64,000 nt of DNA. Origin: a virus. Position 1 is the stretch's first letter, and every line of letters starts with the position of its first letter. The notes beneath the pieces are model-generated. The model made no database searches. It had not been told where the DNA came from and saw only the letters and a program-made list of their open reading frames with translations. The stretch covers positions 1-64,000 of IMG/VR virus record IMGVR_UViG_3300025154_000049. One strand, given 5' to 3'. The position numbers and the translations under genes are program-made. This document shows, piece after piece, positions 18,999 to 29,204 of the stretch.

Positions 18999-19643
18999 CT
19001 ATAAAGATAATCCATTATTCTGTAACATGGCTGCAAACTGAGCTAGGTGCTTACAAAGACCTTGATATTTTCTAACATCTGGATTTCTGGGGGCATGAGT
19101 TTTTGTTTTCCTGACATAAGGTTTAAATCTTCCTCCAAATTGAATACCAGCAAGCATATTAGACCAAGACCATGTGAAGTAATAATCGCTACAGGAGCAA
19201 CGCACCAATACAGATTGTCTTTTCATATCAAACTTCTTTATCCAATAAAACTTATTTTGATACTGTATCCTAAAATGTGTATTGGGGTCATAGGTAGGAT
19301 TAACATTAGTATTAACTATAGGTTTTCTTACAGGTATCTGAGGTTTCTCTGAATCTATTATAGTAGGTTCTTGAGTTTCTTCTTCTGCCTGTACTGTTTC
19401 CGCTACCTCTTCTATTATTTCACAATTCATAAATAATATATTGGATAAGTGAACTGAGTTTTCAGTCAATCCCCAGAAAGAAGCGGATATAAGAACCGTC
19501 TTAGTTCCTAAAAAAGGAACTATCTGGTTTATTTGTCTCTTAGGAGATTGAGAATAATTTCTTCTCCAAACCGCTGGTTGCCCTTTAGCATTGGGTATTT
19601 GTGTAGCCTTTATCCATATTTGTTCTAGCGTTAATCTAGCCAT
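18999..19643 (-). CDS. SWIM-type zinc finger protein
   Basis: VRCSCSDYYF...RNP...GLCKHL (CxC-xn-CxH). Confidence 0.75.
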   Translation of the reverse strand: MARLTLEQIWIKATQIPNAKGQPAVWRRNYSQSPKRQINQIVPFLGTKTVLISASFWGLTENSVHLSNILFMNCEIIEEVAETVQAEEETQEPTIIDSEKPQIPVRKPIVNTNVNPTYDPNTHFRIQYQNKFYWIKKFDMKRQSVLVRCSCSDYYFTWSWSNMLAGIQFGGRFKPYVRKTKTHAPRNPDVRKYQGLCKHLAQFAAMLQNNGLSL

Positions 19644-19697
19644 TTAATTTTCCCCGACAACTTATTACTAATATTATATCATAAATTAATTAAAATA

Positions 19698-19985
19698 TCA
19701 ATAGTCTTCCCTATTGCGTATTAAGTTTATTATATCTACATTATTATTCAGTAAGTCTTTTTTATCTATTGATATAGAATTAATCTTATCTCCTCCCTTA
19801 AATACATCCAATAAAAATTTATTAGGATATTCTTTAACAGTCTTTATGTCGTAACCTTTTTCTCTAGCTAATTTAATTACATTATCCAATTCATAGTTAG
19901 GTGTGGGTTTGGAATAAGTATCCAATATACCCACTTCTTCTGGACTTAAAACTCCTTCTACTAATTTTAATATCCTTTTCATCAT
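19698..19985 (-). CDS. Putative internal head protein
   Basis: MMKRILKLVEG tag. Confidence 0.5.
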   Translation of the reverse strand: MMKRILKLVEGVLSPEEVGILDTYSKPTPNYELDNVIKLAREKGYDIKTVKEYPNKFLLDVFKGGDKINSISIDKKDLLNNNVDIINLIRNREDY

Positions 19986-20563
19986 GATTTTAATTCCCAT
20001 AATTCATTTAAATATTCTACTACAAAACTAGCCTCATCTTCCGTATCCATGTTTTCCAACCATGCTACGGGTATTGGAAATACTCTGGGATTTCTTTTAG
20101 TATCTAATATAGGTTTTCTATTAGACAATATAAATAACTGAGCTAAATAAAAACTAGGGCTTCTAAGTTTACCCGTAACTTGAACTAAGTACCCTTTTTT
20201 ATTAAAGGCTGGTAATAGTAACTTATTCACCTTATCCACTACTTCATAAGTAATAGGTAATTTAGGTAATTCTCTATAATATAATTTATTACCATAGTAC
20301 CAATTTCTTATTTCATTTCTATCTTTTTCATGTATCTTTTCTATAAAAGTTTTAGAGATAGTTTTTCCTATCATATCTGAAAAAGCGTTTACTAGAGGCA
20401 GGGGGACTGCTCTTAAAAATCCAGTAGCTAATCCTCCCAAAACATCAGCTAATTCGTTTCCTACCGTGGATAAAACACTTTTTCCTACTCCCTTCAATAA
20501 GGACAAAGCAGGATTTTCTTCATTTATTTTATTACTCAATTCTATTATTTTATTAAACTTCAT
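19982..20563 (-). CDS. Putative internal head protein
   Basis: Likely start MKFNKIIELSNKINEE at 20563. Confidence 0.55.
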   Translation of the reverse strand: MKFNKIIELSNKINEENPALSLLKGVGKSVLSTVGNELADVLGGLATGFLRAVPLPLVNAFSDMIGKTISKTFIEKIHEKDRNEIRNWYYGNKLYYRELPKLPITYEVVDKVNKLLLPAFNKKGYLVQVTGKLRSPSFYLAQLFILSNRKPILDTKRNPRVFPIPVAWLENMDTEDEASFVVEYLNELWELKS

Positions 20564-22634
20564 TATTACTAACCTTATTTTCATTAATAAGTTTATTAAA
20601 AATATCAAACAGGGGAACTTTCTTGTCCCCCAACTCAAAAACTCTAGTCCTGAAGTACTCTCCTAGAGTCATTTCTTTCTGACCATCATTTATTATAGTA
20701 TCCTCGTTAAACATCCTCTCAAGTAATCTTCTGAATTGTTCTATCTGAGGCTCATTAAAAGATACTCTATCTTGGAGATACTTATCATAATGGTATTTAT
20801 CATCACTAGACGTTTTTATGCCATTCAAAGTTTCAGTGAATAATTGATTACTGTAAGGTTTCTCCTCTGTAGCAAAGTGAATTCTTGTAAATAATAAATA
20901 AAGTAGGAACAAGGTAGACTTATCGCTAGTGGGTGTAAAAGAAAATCCATAATGTATACATAACTCAATAATAGATTTTAACTGTGTCTCAAACCACTGT
21001 ACTAATTTATTAATACTAGCTTCACTTCTAGCCACTTCTTCTTTACTTAAATAAGATTGTTGATTTTCTGGTTTGAAATCTGGATTATCTGGGGAAGTAT
21101 CCCAATCACTAGCTATCTGTCTAGCTATTTCCTCAAAAGTAGTATCTTTAGAAAAAGTGATAGTTAGAAATTTCTTTTCGGCATATATCATAATCTTAGG
21201 TCTGTGATAATCTGACCATTTGTTTTCCTTATGTGTTTTTTCTCCCCAAGATTTATTTTTATAATAATCGTCATCTACATCAAATTTTATCGCTATTCTC
21301 CTGCCTTTATTAGTCCAGTACACACTATAGCCGTTTTGATTAGTTCTTAAAGCTTCTTGAGATAACAATTTATCCCCATCTATCATAGCAAGTATCATAG
21401 ATGCTAATTTTCTGGATAACCTTTCTTCGTCTTGAGAAGACATACTGCCAGCTATATAGTCCTCTTTTCCTCCCCTTAACTCATAGATATCTACAATTTT
21501 AAAAGAATCTCTAGTTAAAAATATGGTTTGTTGAGGTTCCCTAGGATTAATAACAGCACCTTTTTGATTCTTAGCATTATCTATTATACAATCAAAACCT
21601 GCTTTCAGAAATAAACCTGTCTGCTCTTTTCCAGAACGCATCTCCAATTTTACTTTCTCATCACTACTCCAAAAAGGTTTCTTTCCCGATAATTCATTTA
21701 CATTTTTTATCTGAACTACGGACATAAAAGCTTTTCTCATAGCATTAGACCCTGTATATCCAAAATACTTCTTAGCTCTTTTCAAAAGGTCTTCGATTTG
21801 AGAAGGCTTAAACCCCATGTTATTTAAAATTATCTCTATTTGCCTATCAGTCATCTCTGTTATATACAGGGGATTCTTAGAATTATCTTGAATAACCCTA
21901 AGATATTTAGCGTTTCTTCCATACCATATATCAGCAGGGTAATCTATAACATACTTTAAAGGATACCCATATATGCCTACGGGGTCTGTGTGGTTAGGAT
22001 TGTCGTAGGGATTCTTATCTATAGTGTTATCATTAAAATTTGAAAAATTAACATATACTCCATAATCGTCTTTCTTCTTAGTATAGTCTTTTCTGAATTT
22101 AATAAAATCTTTGGGATATAAATCAGTCCAAGATATTTCATTAATAATATCTTTTATATCTTTTAAAGATTTATTTTCATTTTTAGGAAAGCTATTGAAT
22201 AAATTTATGGTAGATAAATCCAAAACAACTACTTCCATTATATGACTATCTTCATCCTTAGTTATAACAGAAGTATAACCTTCTCTCATAATTCTTTTAG
22301 CTAATATTTTCCCATTAGTAGTCTTGTACTTACCATGAAGATAATCTTTCCAAAACTTACCATCAGTATAGAATCCTAATTCTAACGGGTTAGCTTTAGA
22401 GTTAAATTTAGCATATATAGTAGCAGTTTTACCTAAACCTTTCCATGACAAGGTTTCTTCGTCGTAGGGTTCATTGGTAACAGAAAAACTAATACCGTAT
22501 AAATCTTTCTTATAGTCCATACCCCAAACTTTGGAAGTTTCTCCAAACTTATTTAAATTAAAGCCACTTCCTAATATGTTAATCTTTGCTTCCTTGGTAG
22601 TGTTATGTGCTAATATCAATTTAGAATAATTCAT
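20553..22634 (-). CDS. Multi-domain protein with two ADP-ribosyltransferase-like domains
   Basis: LAHNT..GF..GISFS..EGY..V..EVVVLD domain; internal LKDIKDIINE; second domain DPVGIYGYP..AGFDCIID..G..I.PREPQQTIFL. Confidence 0.5.
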   Translation of the reverse strand: MNYSKLILAHNTTKEAKINILGSGFNLNKFGETSKVWGMDYKKDLYGISFSVTNEPYDEETLSWKGLGKTATIYAKFNSKANPLELGFYTDGKFWKDYLHGKYKTTNGKILAKRIMREGYTSVITKDEDSHIMEVVVLDLSTINLFNSFPKNENKSLKDIKDIINEISWTDLYPKDFIKFRKDYTKKKDDYGVYVNFSNFNDNTIDKNPYDNPNHTDPVGIYGYPLKYVIDYPADIWYGRNAKYLRVIQDNSKNPLYITEMTDRQIEIILNNMGFKPSQIEDLLKRAKKYFGYTGSNAMRKAFMSVVQIKNVNELSGKKPFWSSDEKVKLEMRSGKEQTGLFLKAGFDCIIDNAKNQKGAVINPREPQQTIFLTRDSFKIVDIYELRGGKEDYIAGSMSSQDEERLSRKLASMILAMIDGDKLLSQEALRTNQNGYSVYWTNKGRRIAIKFDVDDDYYKNKSWGEKTHKENKWSDYHRPKIMIYAEKKFLTITFSKDTTFEEIARQIASDWDTSPDNPDFKPENQQSYLSKEEVARSEASINKLVQWFETQLKSIIELCIHYGFSFTPTSDKSTLFLLYLLFTRIHFATEEKPYSNQLFTETLNGIKTSSDDKYHYDKYLQDRVSFNEPQIEQFRRLLERMFNEDTIINDGQKEMTLGEYFRTRVFELGDKKVPLFDIFNKLINENKVSNNEV

Positions 22635-23251
22635 TATTCTATAACCTCATAGGTTACATTGTTATCATTTAGATATTTTATAAAAGCATCATAAAATTGA
22701 TTAGCTATTAAAATATTGGGAGAATCTAGTTCTCCATTCTCTATATTCAAATTAAGCTCATCTCTTAAGTCTCTTCTTTCAGACCTAAGCATGCCCCCTA
22801 CTCTCATCTCTTGTAGAAATTTATCTCTATATATTATAATCTTTGTTACATAATCTAAAAAATTAGGTATTTCTATACCCTCTATAGCATAAATACCTTT
22901 ACCTACTACTCTTTCCTCTGCTTCTACACGTTCTGGGTTACTTTTATCTGCATAGTTATAGTAATTAAAAGGTTCTATTTTATACTTATTAGATAATTTA
23001 TCCCCATCCACTATAAAAACTATAGCTGTACCAGATATACTTCCCCTAGGTACTTTGTTAAAATTTTTATCCCTAGTAAAAGATATGTACCCATAACCAC
23101 CATAACCGCTATCTGGTTGTCTCCTACTAGATTTAAGAGAATTCTCTTTAAGAATATGTATAAATTTATCAGCATTAGTAAAATGATAAAGAGTTCCTAC
23201 CTGTTTACCTTCTAACATCTCTATCAAATTTTTAATCTTTTTAATGGACAT
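22634..23251 (-). CDS. ADP-ribosyltransferase-like protein with N-terminal tag
   Basis: MSIKKIKNLIEMLE, then LYHFT..ILKENSLK..ISFTR..EAEERV (H-S-E / ExE ART pattern). Confidence 0.6.
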   Translation of the reverse strand: MSIKKIKNLIEMLEGKQVGTLYHFTNADKFIHILKENSLKSSRRQPDSGYGGYGYISFTRDKNFNKVPRGSISGTAIVFIVDGDKLSNKYKIEPFNYYNYADKSNPERVEAEERVVGKGIYAIEGIEIPNFLDYVTKIIIYRDKFLQEMRVGGMLRSERRDLRDELNLNIENGELDSPNILIANQFYDAFIKYLNDNNVTYEVIE

Positions 23252-23258
23252 AATACAC

Positions 23259-23690
23259 CTAATATACTAACTTACTCATAGGAACCCCGTGAACTAACTT
23301 TTGTCTTAGTAAGTTATCATGAAAGTCTTTATCCAGAACATTCATTATTTTGCTACTCTCCACTTCTGGATATACTCTCTCTGGTGTTTTAACCTTAAAA
23401 AATTCAATATAATCAGGATTATAGTAAACACCCTTTACTTTATAGTTCTTCTTTAATTGATTAGCTACTTCATCATGTTCTGCATCATCAAAAGCCCATA
23501 CGTAAAAGTCTCCGTTAAGAGCTATAAAAAATCTAACAGGAGTTTTACCTCCTCTAGTCATTTTTAATATCTCCCCTTTACTGGGATTAACAAAAACATC
23601 TATGAGGGCATCTTTTTTCCAACTGGTTTTTACAGAACCCGCCCACTCTTCTTTAACATTATTACATAGTTTTAATATTTTGTCAAACAT
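23259..23690 (-). CDS. Putative internal head protein
   Basis: MFDKILKLCNNVKEE tag; VFVNPSKGE..VRF..YVW..H pattern. Confidence 0.55.
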   Translation of the reverse strand: MFDKILKLCNNVKEEWAGSVKTSWKKDALIDVFVNPSKGEILKMTRGGKTPVRFFIALNGDFYVWAFDDAEHDEVANQLKKNYKVKGVYYNPDYIEFFKVKTPERVYPEVESSKIMNVLDKDFHDNLLRQKLVHGVPMSKLVY

Positions 23691-23696
23691 GTCGAA

Positions 23697-24569
23697 TCAA
23701 TACCCGAACTCGTACCACTTATCATTGTTATTAAGCATCGTTTGTAACTGGTCTTCTAATACTCTAGCACGGTCTAGCATGGTATCCGCTTGCAGAGAGA
23801 AAGGAAGTCCCGCAGAAGGGTCTAATGTTGCTTGATATTTCAAGCTACCGAATGACCTTAGTACAGCTACAGTGAAAGCTAACATAAAGGGTCTATTACT
23901 TATATCAAAGTCTCTTATAGCTTTTCTTTTATTGTACATAGTAACAGTTATATTACCCGCACTTGTATCAGTAAGGGTCATATTTACTTTCAAAGTACTC
24001 AAATCTATAGTTCCAGAGCCTAAAGTACCTCCTAGTGTAACAATATTACCTACACGTGATACTTCCGTAGCTATATGTTTAACATTAAGAACATCCGTTT
24101 TAGATATTTCTAAGCTACCTTGTTTATAATTACATCTTAAAAAGAAATCTATAACAGATTCCCCGTCAATGGTATATGTGGGAGTATCACTTATCTGAAA
24201 ATTACCTATTACATACTCTCTAAGATATACTACGTTAAAAGTAGATGAAAAAATAGACTTTAATATCCTAGTATGAGGGTCAAACCACCACAAATTACGT
24301 GCTATGGGAGCACTATTTCTGTCAAGATTTGGGTATAGTGGATATTTTAAAGCTAAAACAGATAAAGCATTAGGAATGCTAACACCATTTTGATTTACAT
24401 TCACATTTAAAATATCTCTAACAGGTCTCTTGTTCTGCAATTGTTTAGCAGTGTATACAAATAGTTGTTCTAAATTATCATCATCAAGTCTTAAAGCTTG
24501 TAAAGGTATAAGAAGTTGACCTTCACTTATCTTAACTTGCTTTATAGCTTCTTCAAAAGTCAAAACCAT
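23697..24569 (-). CDS. Neck / head-tail adaptor (gp13-like) with an inserted domain
   Basis: LDDDNLEQ N-terminus, LQADTMLDRARVLEDQL C-terminus; gene order downstream of the major capsid gene. Confidence 0.6.
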   Translation of the reverse strand: MVLTFEEAIKQVKISEGQLLIPLQALRLDDDNLEQLFVYTAKQLQNKRPVRDILNVNVNQNGVSIPNALSVLALKYPLYPNLDRNSAPIARNLWWFDPHTRILKSIFSSTFNVVYLREYVIGNFQISDTPTYTIDGESVIDFFLRCNYKQGSLEISKTDVLNVKHIATEVSRVGNIVTLGGTLGSGTIDLSTLKVNMTLTDTSAGNITVTMYNKRKAIRDFDISNRPFMLAFTVAVLRSFGSLKYQATLDPSAGLPFSLQADTMLDRARVLEDQLQTMLNNNDKWYEFGY

Positions 24570-24629
24570 ATAAATACTCCAAAGATAGTTTTATCCTACT
24601 TAAAATATAAACTATCTTTGTTAAAAATA

Positions 24630-25376
24630 TTATGATTTAGGAGTATTCTTCTTAGAACCTTTCTTCTTAGCAGGTAATGTATTTTCCGACTCTTTTATTT
24701 CTAGGTTAGGGTCTATCGTAACATCTCCTACTAACTCTTCATCTTCTGGATAATTATTATCTGATAATTCGTCTGCATCTAATACAGAAGCATCGTCGTG
24801 ATTAAAATCTTTTAATTTATCTAATAGCTCTATATTCTTTTTACTAAATGCTATTTCTTCTTTAATCCCTTTAACTATGGCTAAGTTAGGTTCACTATCT
24901 TCAAAATTAAATGTAGTCTTCAAGTAAGTTTCTATTTCTTCTTCAGATAAGGGCATCAGTTCAGATTTTATATCCTCAGAGGAATCAGTTTTCAAAGAAA
25001 CATATAGTTCGTTTAAATCCTCATTTACATTTTTATTTATATTAATAGCCACATCTCCAGTTACTCTCCTATTAATAGGAATTAACTTTCCCTCGTCAGT
25101 AACTTGGTTGAATAAAGATTCTTCTGGTTCCTCGTCGTACAATCCCATCTCTTGGGAAAGCCTTGAAAGTTTACTCAATCCATCTTCTTCTATAATTTCT
25201 TCTAAAATTATATCGCCTTTAAATATTCTTATAGTCTCAGTAAGATGATTTATATAATAGTTATCTAATAATTCCTCTTCACCGTCTGGAGGAATATTAA
25301 ATACTTGTTTCATTCCATTAACACTCACACCGATAACCCTATTAGATTTATTTATTAATTTATATCTTTTATCCAT
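24630..25376 (-). CDS. Acidic hypothetical protein with two sigma70-type promoters
   Basis: AAGGAG SD; promoters TTGACT-17-TATAAT (25434-25406) and TTGACA-17-TATACT (25490-25462). Confidence 0.65.
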   Translation of the reverse strand: MDKRYKLINKSNRVIGVSVNGMKQVFNIPPDGEEELLDNYYINHLTETIRIFKGDIILEEIIEEDGLSKLSRLSQEMGLYDEEPEESLFNQVTDEGKLIPINRRVTGDVAININKNVNEDLNELYVSLKTDSSEDIKSELMPLSEEEIETYLKTTFNFEDSEPNLAIVKGIKEEIAFSKKNIELLDKLKDFNHDDASVLDADELSDNNYPEDEELVGDVTIDPNLEIKESENTLPAKKKGSKKNTPKS

Positions 25377-25496
25377 TAAAAAACTCCTTATCGAACTACT
25401 AATATATTATAACATACCTAATTTAAAAAGTCAACATTAGGATATCTTAGATTATGCCTATAGTATACCATGATTATTATATAATGTCAATATAGA

Positions 25497-25526
25497 AATA
25501 GAGATGGTTTTTAAACCATCTCTATT
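25497..25526 (-). terminator. Terminator after the major capsid gene
   Basis: AATAGAGATGGTTT/AAACCATCTCTATT palindrome. Confidence 0.75.
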
Positions 25527-25552
25527 ATTGATTCTATGTTTATTACAGAGTC

Positions 25553-26965
25553 TTATACTAAGTTCTGCACGTCAATCTTAGTAATAAACCTGTTCACGAT
25601 GACCTTCATGGCTGACCAAACCAATGCGTACCCTTGGGTTTTTAACACATTGTTTAATACTGGTAAACTTCCGTTTACAACTAAAGGCATATATGGACAG
25701 TAAACAGCAGGAGCATCGAAGTTGCCTGTACCTTTGTAGATACAATATACAGCACTGTCGTCTATTACGTCTATCGCTCTGATTACTGGAATATTTTTGT
25801 TGTACATACCATAAAGTGTAGGTCCTGAAGAAGCAAATCCAGTTCTTTCAAATAAGGTTCCTAATTGGTCAAACAAGGCTGCTGCTTTAACACCACAGAT
25901 AATAGCTGTTACTTCACCACGACCTGCGTTTTGAGCAATGTGGGAAGAAGCTTCAGCGATTCTGTTTCTGAAAGCAAGTTTGTGTTCGACTTCGGAGGTT
26001 CCTGCTGGAGCTGCTGAATCCCATACGATAGGAGTACCGAAAGAAGCATTAGCTATTCTGCTAATAAGAGTGTTTCCCAATTCAGCGTTTATTTCCATTG
26101 TAAGGTCGTTAATCATTTCTGTTTCAGCATCCTTACCAAAGGTTTGTTTTAATTCAAACGCTTTCAAGCTACCCATTTCACTTCTTAATGCGAACACTTC
26201 GGCTCTAACATCAGCGGAATCGAAACTTGATTGAATCGTAGGAAGGTTTCCGTTTTCTTCGTATTCTGTACCAAACTCAGCTCTAGCAACTTCTACACCA
26301 GTAATAGGGGTGATGAAGTCGATAGTTACTAAACCTGTAGCATAGTTAATAGTACCTGTACCTAATGCTCCACCAACTGGAACAATGTTTCCATTACCAT
26401 CATCTATTAAGGTTTGGGTTGTCGTGGAAAGACTGATTGTTAATTGTCTTTCTCTAACAGGTGCTGGAGTTAAGTTGAAAGTATAACTTTGTTGAGCAGC
26501 TATCAATGTTCCTAAGTTCTGATAAACTTTCTCACCAGCGAAACCTACTGCTTGTACTTGAGGTTTAGCAATAGCATTTCTAAGGATGTCATTTTCACTA
26601 ACATTTCCTCTAGTTGTTCTAGCTTTGATTTGTTTGAAATAAACAATACCTTGTTGACCTTTAATAGGTTGAACTGAAGCTAGTAAAGGAAGAATGGAAG
26701 CTGCGTAGTTAGCTGTGATAACATCATAAGCGTATTTAGGTAATTGACCTAAATCTTTTAATGTACCAAATGTTTCACTTACCATTTTTTTGTAGTTTTC
26801 AAACTGTCTAAATTGTTTTCCTAAGATTACATAATCCATAGGGGAAATAGCTCTTACTCTTGCAAGTGGTGATTCTTCCAAGGATTCCATGTAAGGCTTG
26901 TAGGTAGGGTTCTTTAAGAAGTATTCCGCACCTCTTAATACTTTTTCATTCTGAGTCATCTTCAT
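25553..26965 (-). CDS. gp23: Major capsid protein (T4 gp23-like) with an insertion domain
   Basis: LASVQPIKGQQGIVYFK, DAETEMINDLTMEINAE, VYCPYMPL; late promoter 27033-27043. Confidence 0.92.
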   Translation of the reverse strand: MKMTQNEKVLRGAEYFLKNPTYKPYMESLEESPLARVRAISPMDYVILGKQFRQFENYKKMVSETFGTLKDLGQLPKYAYDVITANYAASILPLLASVQPIKGQQGIVYFKQIKARTTRGNVSENDILRNAIAKPQVQAVGFAGEKVYQNLGTLIAAQQSYTFNLTPAPVRERQLTISLSTTTQTLIDDGNGNIVPVGGALGTGTINYATGLVTIDFITPITGVEVARAEFGTEYEENGNLPTIQSSFDSADVRAEVFALRSEMGSLKAFELKQTFGKDAETEMINDLTMEINAELGNTLISRIANASFGTPIVWDSAAPAGTSEVEHKLAFRNRIAEASSHIAQNAGRGEVTAIICGVKAAALFDQLGTLFERTGFASSGPTLYGMYNKNIPVIRAIDVIDDSAVYCIYKGTGNFDAPAVYCPYMPLVVNGSLPVLNNVLKTQGYALVWSAMKVIVNRFITKIDVQNLV

Positions 26966-27046
26966 AATTTTAAATCACTCCTGTGGTCTGACGTTACTTA
27001 TATCTTACAAACTATCTAACAATACATCTATATATAATATAAAGAA

Positions 27047-28483
27047 CTATTTTGATTTTTCATTTTTGTACTGTCTGAACAAATTATAGACAGGTGGTTT
27101 ATCCTCTTTCAAAGACTGTTGCTGTTTTTTATCAACAACTTTTTTCTCTTCCATTCTAACTTCTTCTTTAACAATTTTTTTGTTTTTAAGGTTAAGTGAT
27201 TGAAGAATACCAACTGTTTGAACTTCTCCCAATGTTTCTAACATGCTTCTTACGTTTTCTATAGGAGCATTGTATTCTCTCGAAATAGAAAGAACTAAAT
27301 TTTCATTTTGTTTTTCTTTTTCTTCATTTACTAAATGTTCCGCTCTTGAAATTATTTCTTTAACTTCACTAAGAGGAATACCTAAATTAACAGTTTCTTC
27401 AAGAACATATTCAATAACAGGTATAGCTTCTACGATAGAATCTAACTCACCAAGTTCTGACCACTTTTCATTGTCTTCTGTTAATTTTTTAACTTTTCTT
27501 TCAATCTGTTCAGGTCTTCCTAATTTAGCATAAGCTTCGAGTAATGAACCAGACTTCTCTAAATCTTCTTTAAGAGTGGTAATATCTTCTATTTCACACT
27601 CTTTCAAATGATTCTCAATAACTGCTAATTTTTCTGAAATCTGATTTTTTTCTGTTTCTACTTCTTCTGCTTTAGCTAATTTTTCTGTAAGACTAGCTAT
27701 CTCAGCATTTTTCTTAATAACTTCTTCATCTAATTGTTTTGCTTTAGCTTCAGAAATAGCTTTCTCTTCCCTAAGTTTCATAACTTCTTCGTTAAGAGAA
27801 TTCTTTTCTGTTCTTAAGTCTTCATAAATTTTTTGGGTAAATTCCATCTCTAGTCTCCTCATGTCTTCTTTTATCTTTTTGATATTTTCTTTAATCAAAG
27901 GATTAGTTTCTGTAAAACCTGGATTCAATACGAAGTCAAAAGTTTCCAAATAATAACTATTTTCGTCAACTATTGGCATACCTTCGTGAGTCTCGTTGGA
28001 TTTATAGTCCCCAGATGCTCTGGAAGATACTTTTATTCTCGAACCTGCTTTCATAACAACATAAAGGTTTCTTCCAGCAGGAGTACCTAGAATATATGCC
28101 TCGCCCATACCCATCTTAGTTTCTTCGTCAATCCATAATTTAGTAACAATATGAGAAACTTTGCCATCCGTTATATCTGATTCAGTTATACCTCTATCTT
28201 CATGACCTATACAACCAAACATAACTTTATCGTCCAGTCTTCTTCTTAAATCTGGATGACCTATAATAGTTTCCCAAAATACTTTAGGATAATATCTTTC
28301 ATTTCTTGAAACACCGTCTGGAACAAAGAAAACACCTTGAACAACTGCCAAGATATTTCTACCGTCTGCAACAGATTTATTAGAAGATTCATTTAAATAA
28401 TCTTCTTTTAATTCCCATTTATTATCGGGTATGTCCCAAAGCTCATATTGAAAATTTTTACTCATTACTTTCATACTCTCCAA
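27047..28483 (-). CDS. gp21: Prohead protease (gp21-like) fused to a coiled-coil scaffold
   Basis: SRNERYYP, FGCIGH, VSHIVT, ILGTPAG, VSSRASG, FDFVLNPG; heptad-rich C-terminal half. Confidence 0.9.
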   Translation of the reverse strand: MESMKVMSKNFQYELWDIPDNKWELKEDYLNESSNKSVADGRNILAVVQGVFFVPDGVSRNERYYPKVFWETIIGHPDLRRRLDDKVMFGCIGHEDRGITESDITDGKVSHIVTKLWIDEETKMGMGEAYILGTPAGRNLYVVMKAGSRIKVSSRASGDYKSNETHEGMPIVDENSYYLETFDFVLNPGFTETNPLIKENIKKIKEDMRRLEMEFTQKIYEDLRTEKNSLNEEVMKLREEKAISEAKAKQLDEEVIKKNAEIASLTEKLAKAEEVETEKNQISEKLAVIENHLKECEIEDITTLKEDLEKSGSLLEAYAKLGRPEQIERKVKKLTEDNEKWSELGELDSIVEAIPVIEYVLEETVNLGIPLSEVKEIISRAEHLVNEEKEKQNENLVLSISREYNAPIENVRSMLETLGEVQTVGILQSLNLKNKKIVKEEVRMEEKKVVDKKQQQSLKEDKPPVYNLFRQYKNEKSK

Positions 28484-28880
28484 AATTTATTGTTTTTGAA
28501 TAGATGACTTGATTAGTTGTTTCCGTTTTTTTCCAAGATGCTAAATTAAATAAATTTTTAATTTGTTTATTGTGAGGCTCGAATTGTTGAAGAGCATGTA
28601 CCAAATCTGAAAAACTTTCATTATTCTTAATTGATTTTAATACATATTCTTCTATTTCTGTATCCTCGTCCATAGCTCTTTTGTCTATTGTTATCTTTAC
28701 TTTTATAGTTTTATTCTGATTTTCTGATGTTATATCCCAGATAAGAGGTGCTGTGGTAGAATTTAAATCGTATTTAAAGTGTCTTAAACTTAAGGAAACT
28801 AGAGGACTTTCTATATTTACATCTCTGGGTATCCCTACTTTTTCAGTCAACTCTAATACTTTTTGTAATTTACCTTTCAC
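28458..28880 (-). CDS. Putative head-associated protein
   Basis: MKGKLQKVLELTE tag; head operon. Confidence 0.5.
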   Translation of the reverse strand: MKGKLQKVLELTEKVGIPRDVNIESPLVSLSLRHFKYDLNSTTAPLIWDITSENQNKTIKVKITIDKRAMDEDTEIEEYVLKSIKNNESFSDLVHALQQFEPHNKQIKNLFNLASWKKTETTNQVIYSKTINFGEYESNE

Positions 28881-29202
28881 CGTCTACTTTCCTTCTTCTT
28901 ATTAATAGTGAATGTTTTTTGGCTAATTTTGCTTGGGGGGTTCTCGATTTCAACCTAGCTTTTATTAAAGTAGCTTTATTGTGTAAATCGTCTACCTCTT
29001 CCACATCCCCCAACTTATTTCTAATGTTCTTAACTCTTCCGTGTTCAACTTTTTTAGTGAAAAGTTCCTCCTTTAACTCGTCCTCCTCGTCTTCAGAGTT
29101 GGTCTCTTCACCATCATGGCGACGTGGTGATTCTGTTATCTCCACAGCAGACCCACCACCTTCGCAAATTATTCTAACTAGTTCATTAATTCTTTTAAAC
29201 AT
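28870..29202 (-). CDS. Prohead core protein (gp67/gp68-like)
   Basis: MFKRINELVRIICE tag, acidic middle, basic KKHSLLIRRRK end; between portal and protease genes. Confidence 0.55.
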   Translation of the reverse strand: MFKRINELVRIICEGGGSAVEITESPRRHDGEETNSEDEEDELKEELFTKKVEHGRVKNIRNKLGDVEEVDDLHNKATLIKARLKSRTPQAKLAKKHSLLIRRRKVDGER

Positions 29203-29204
29203 TA

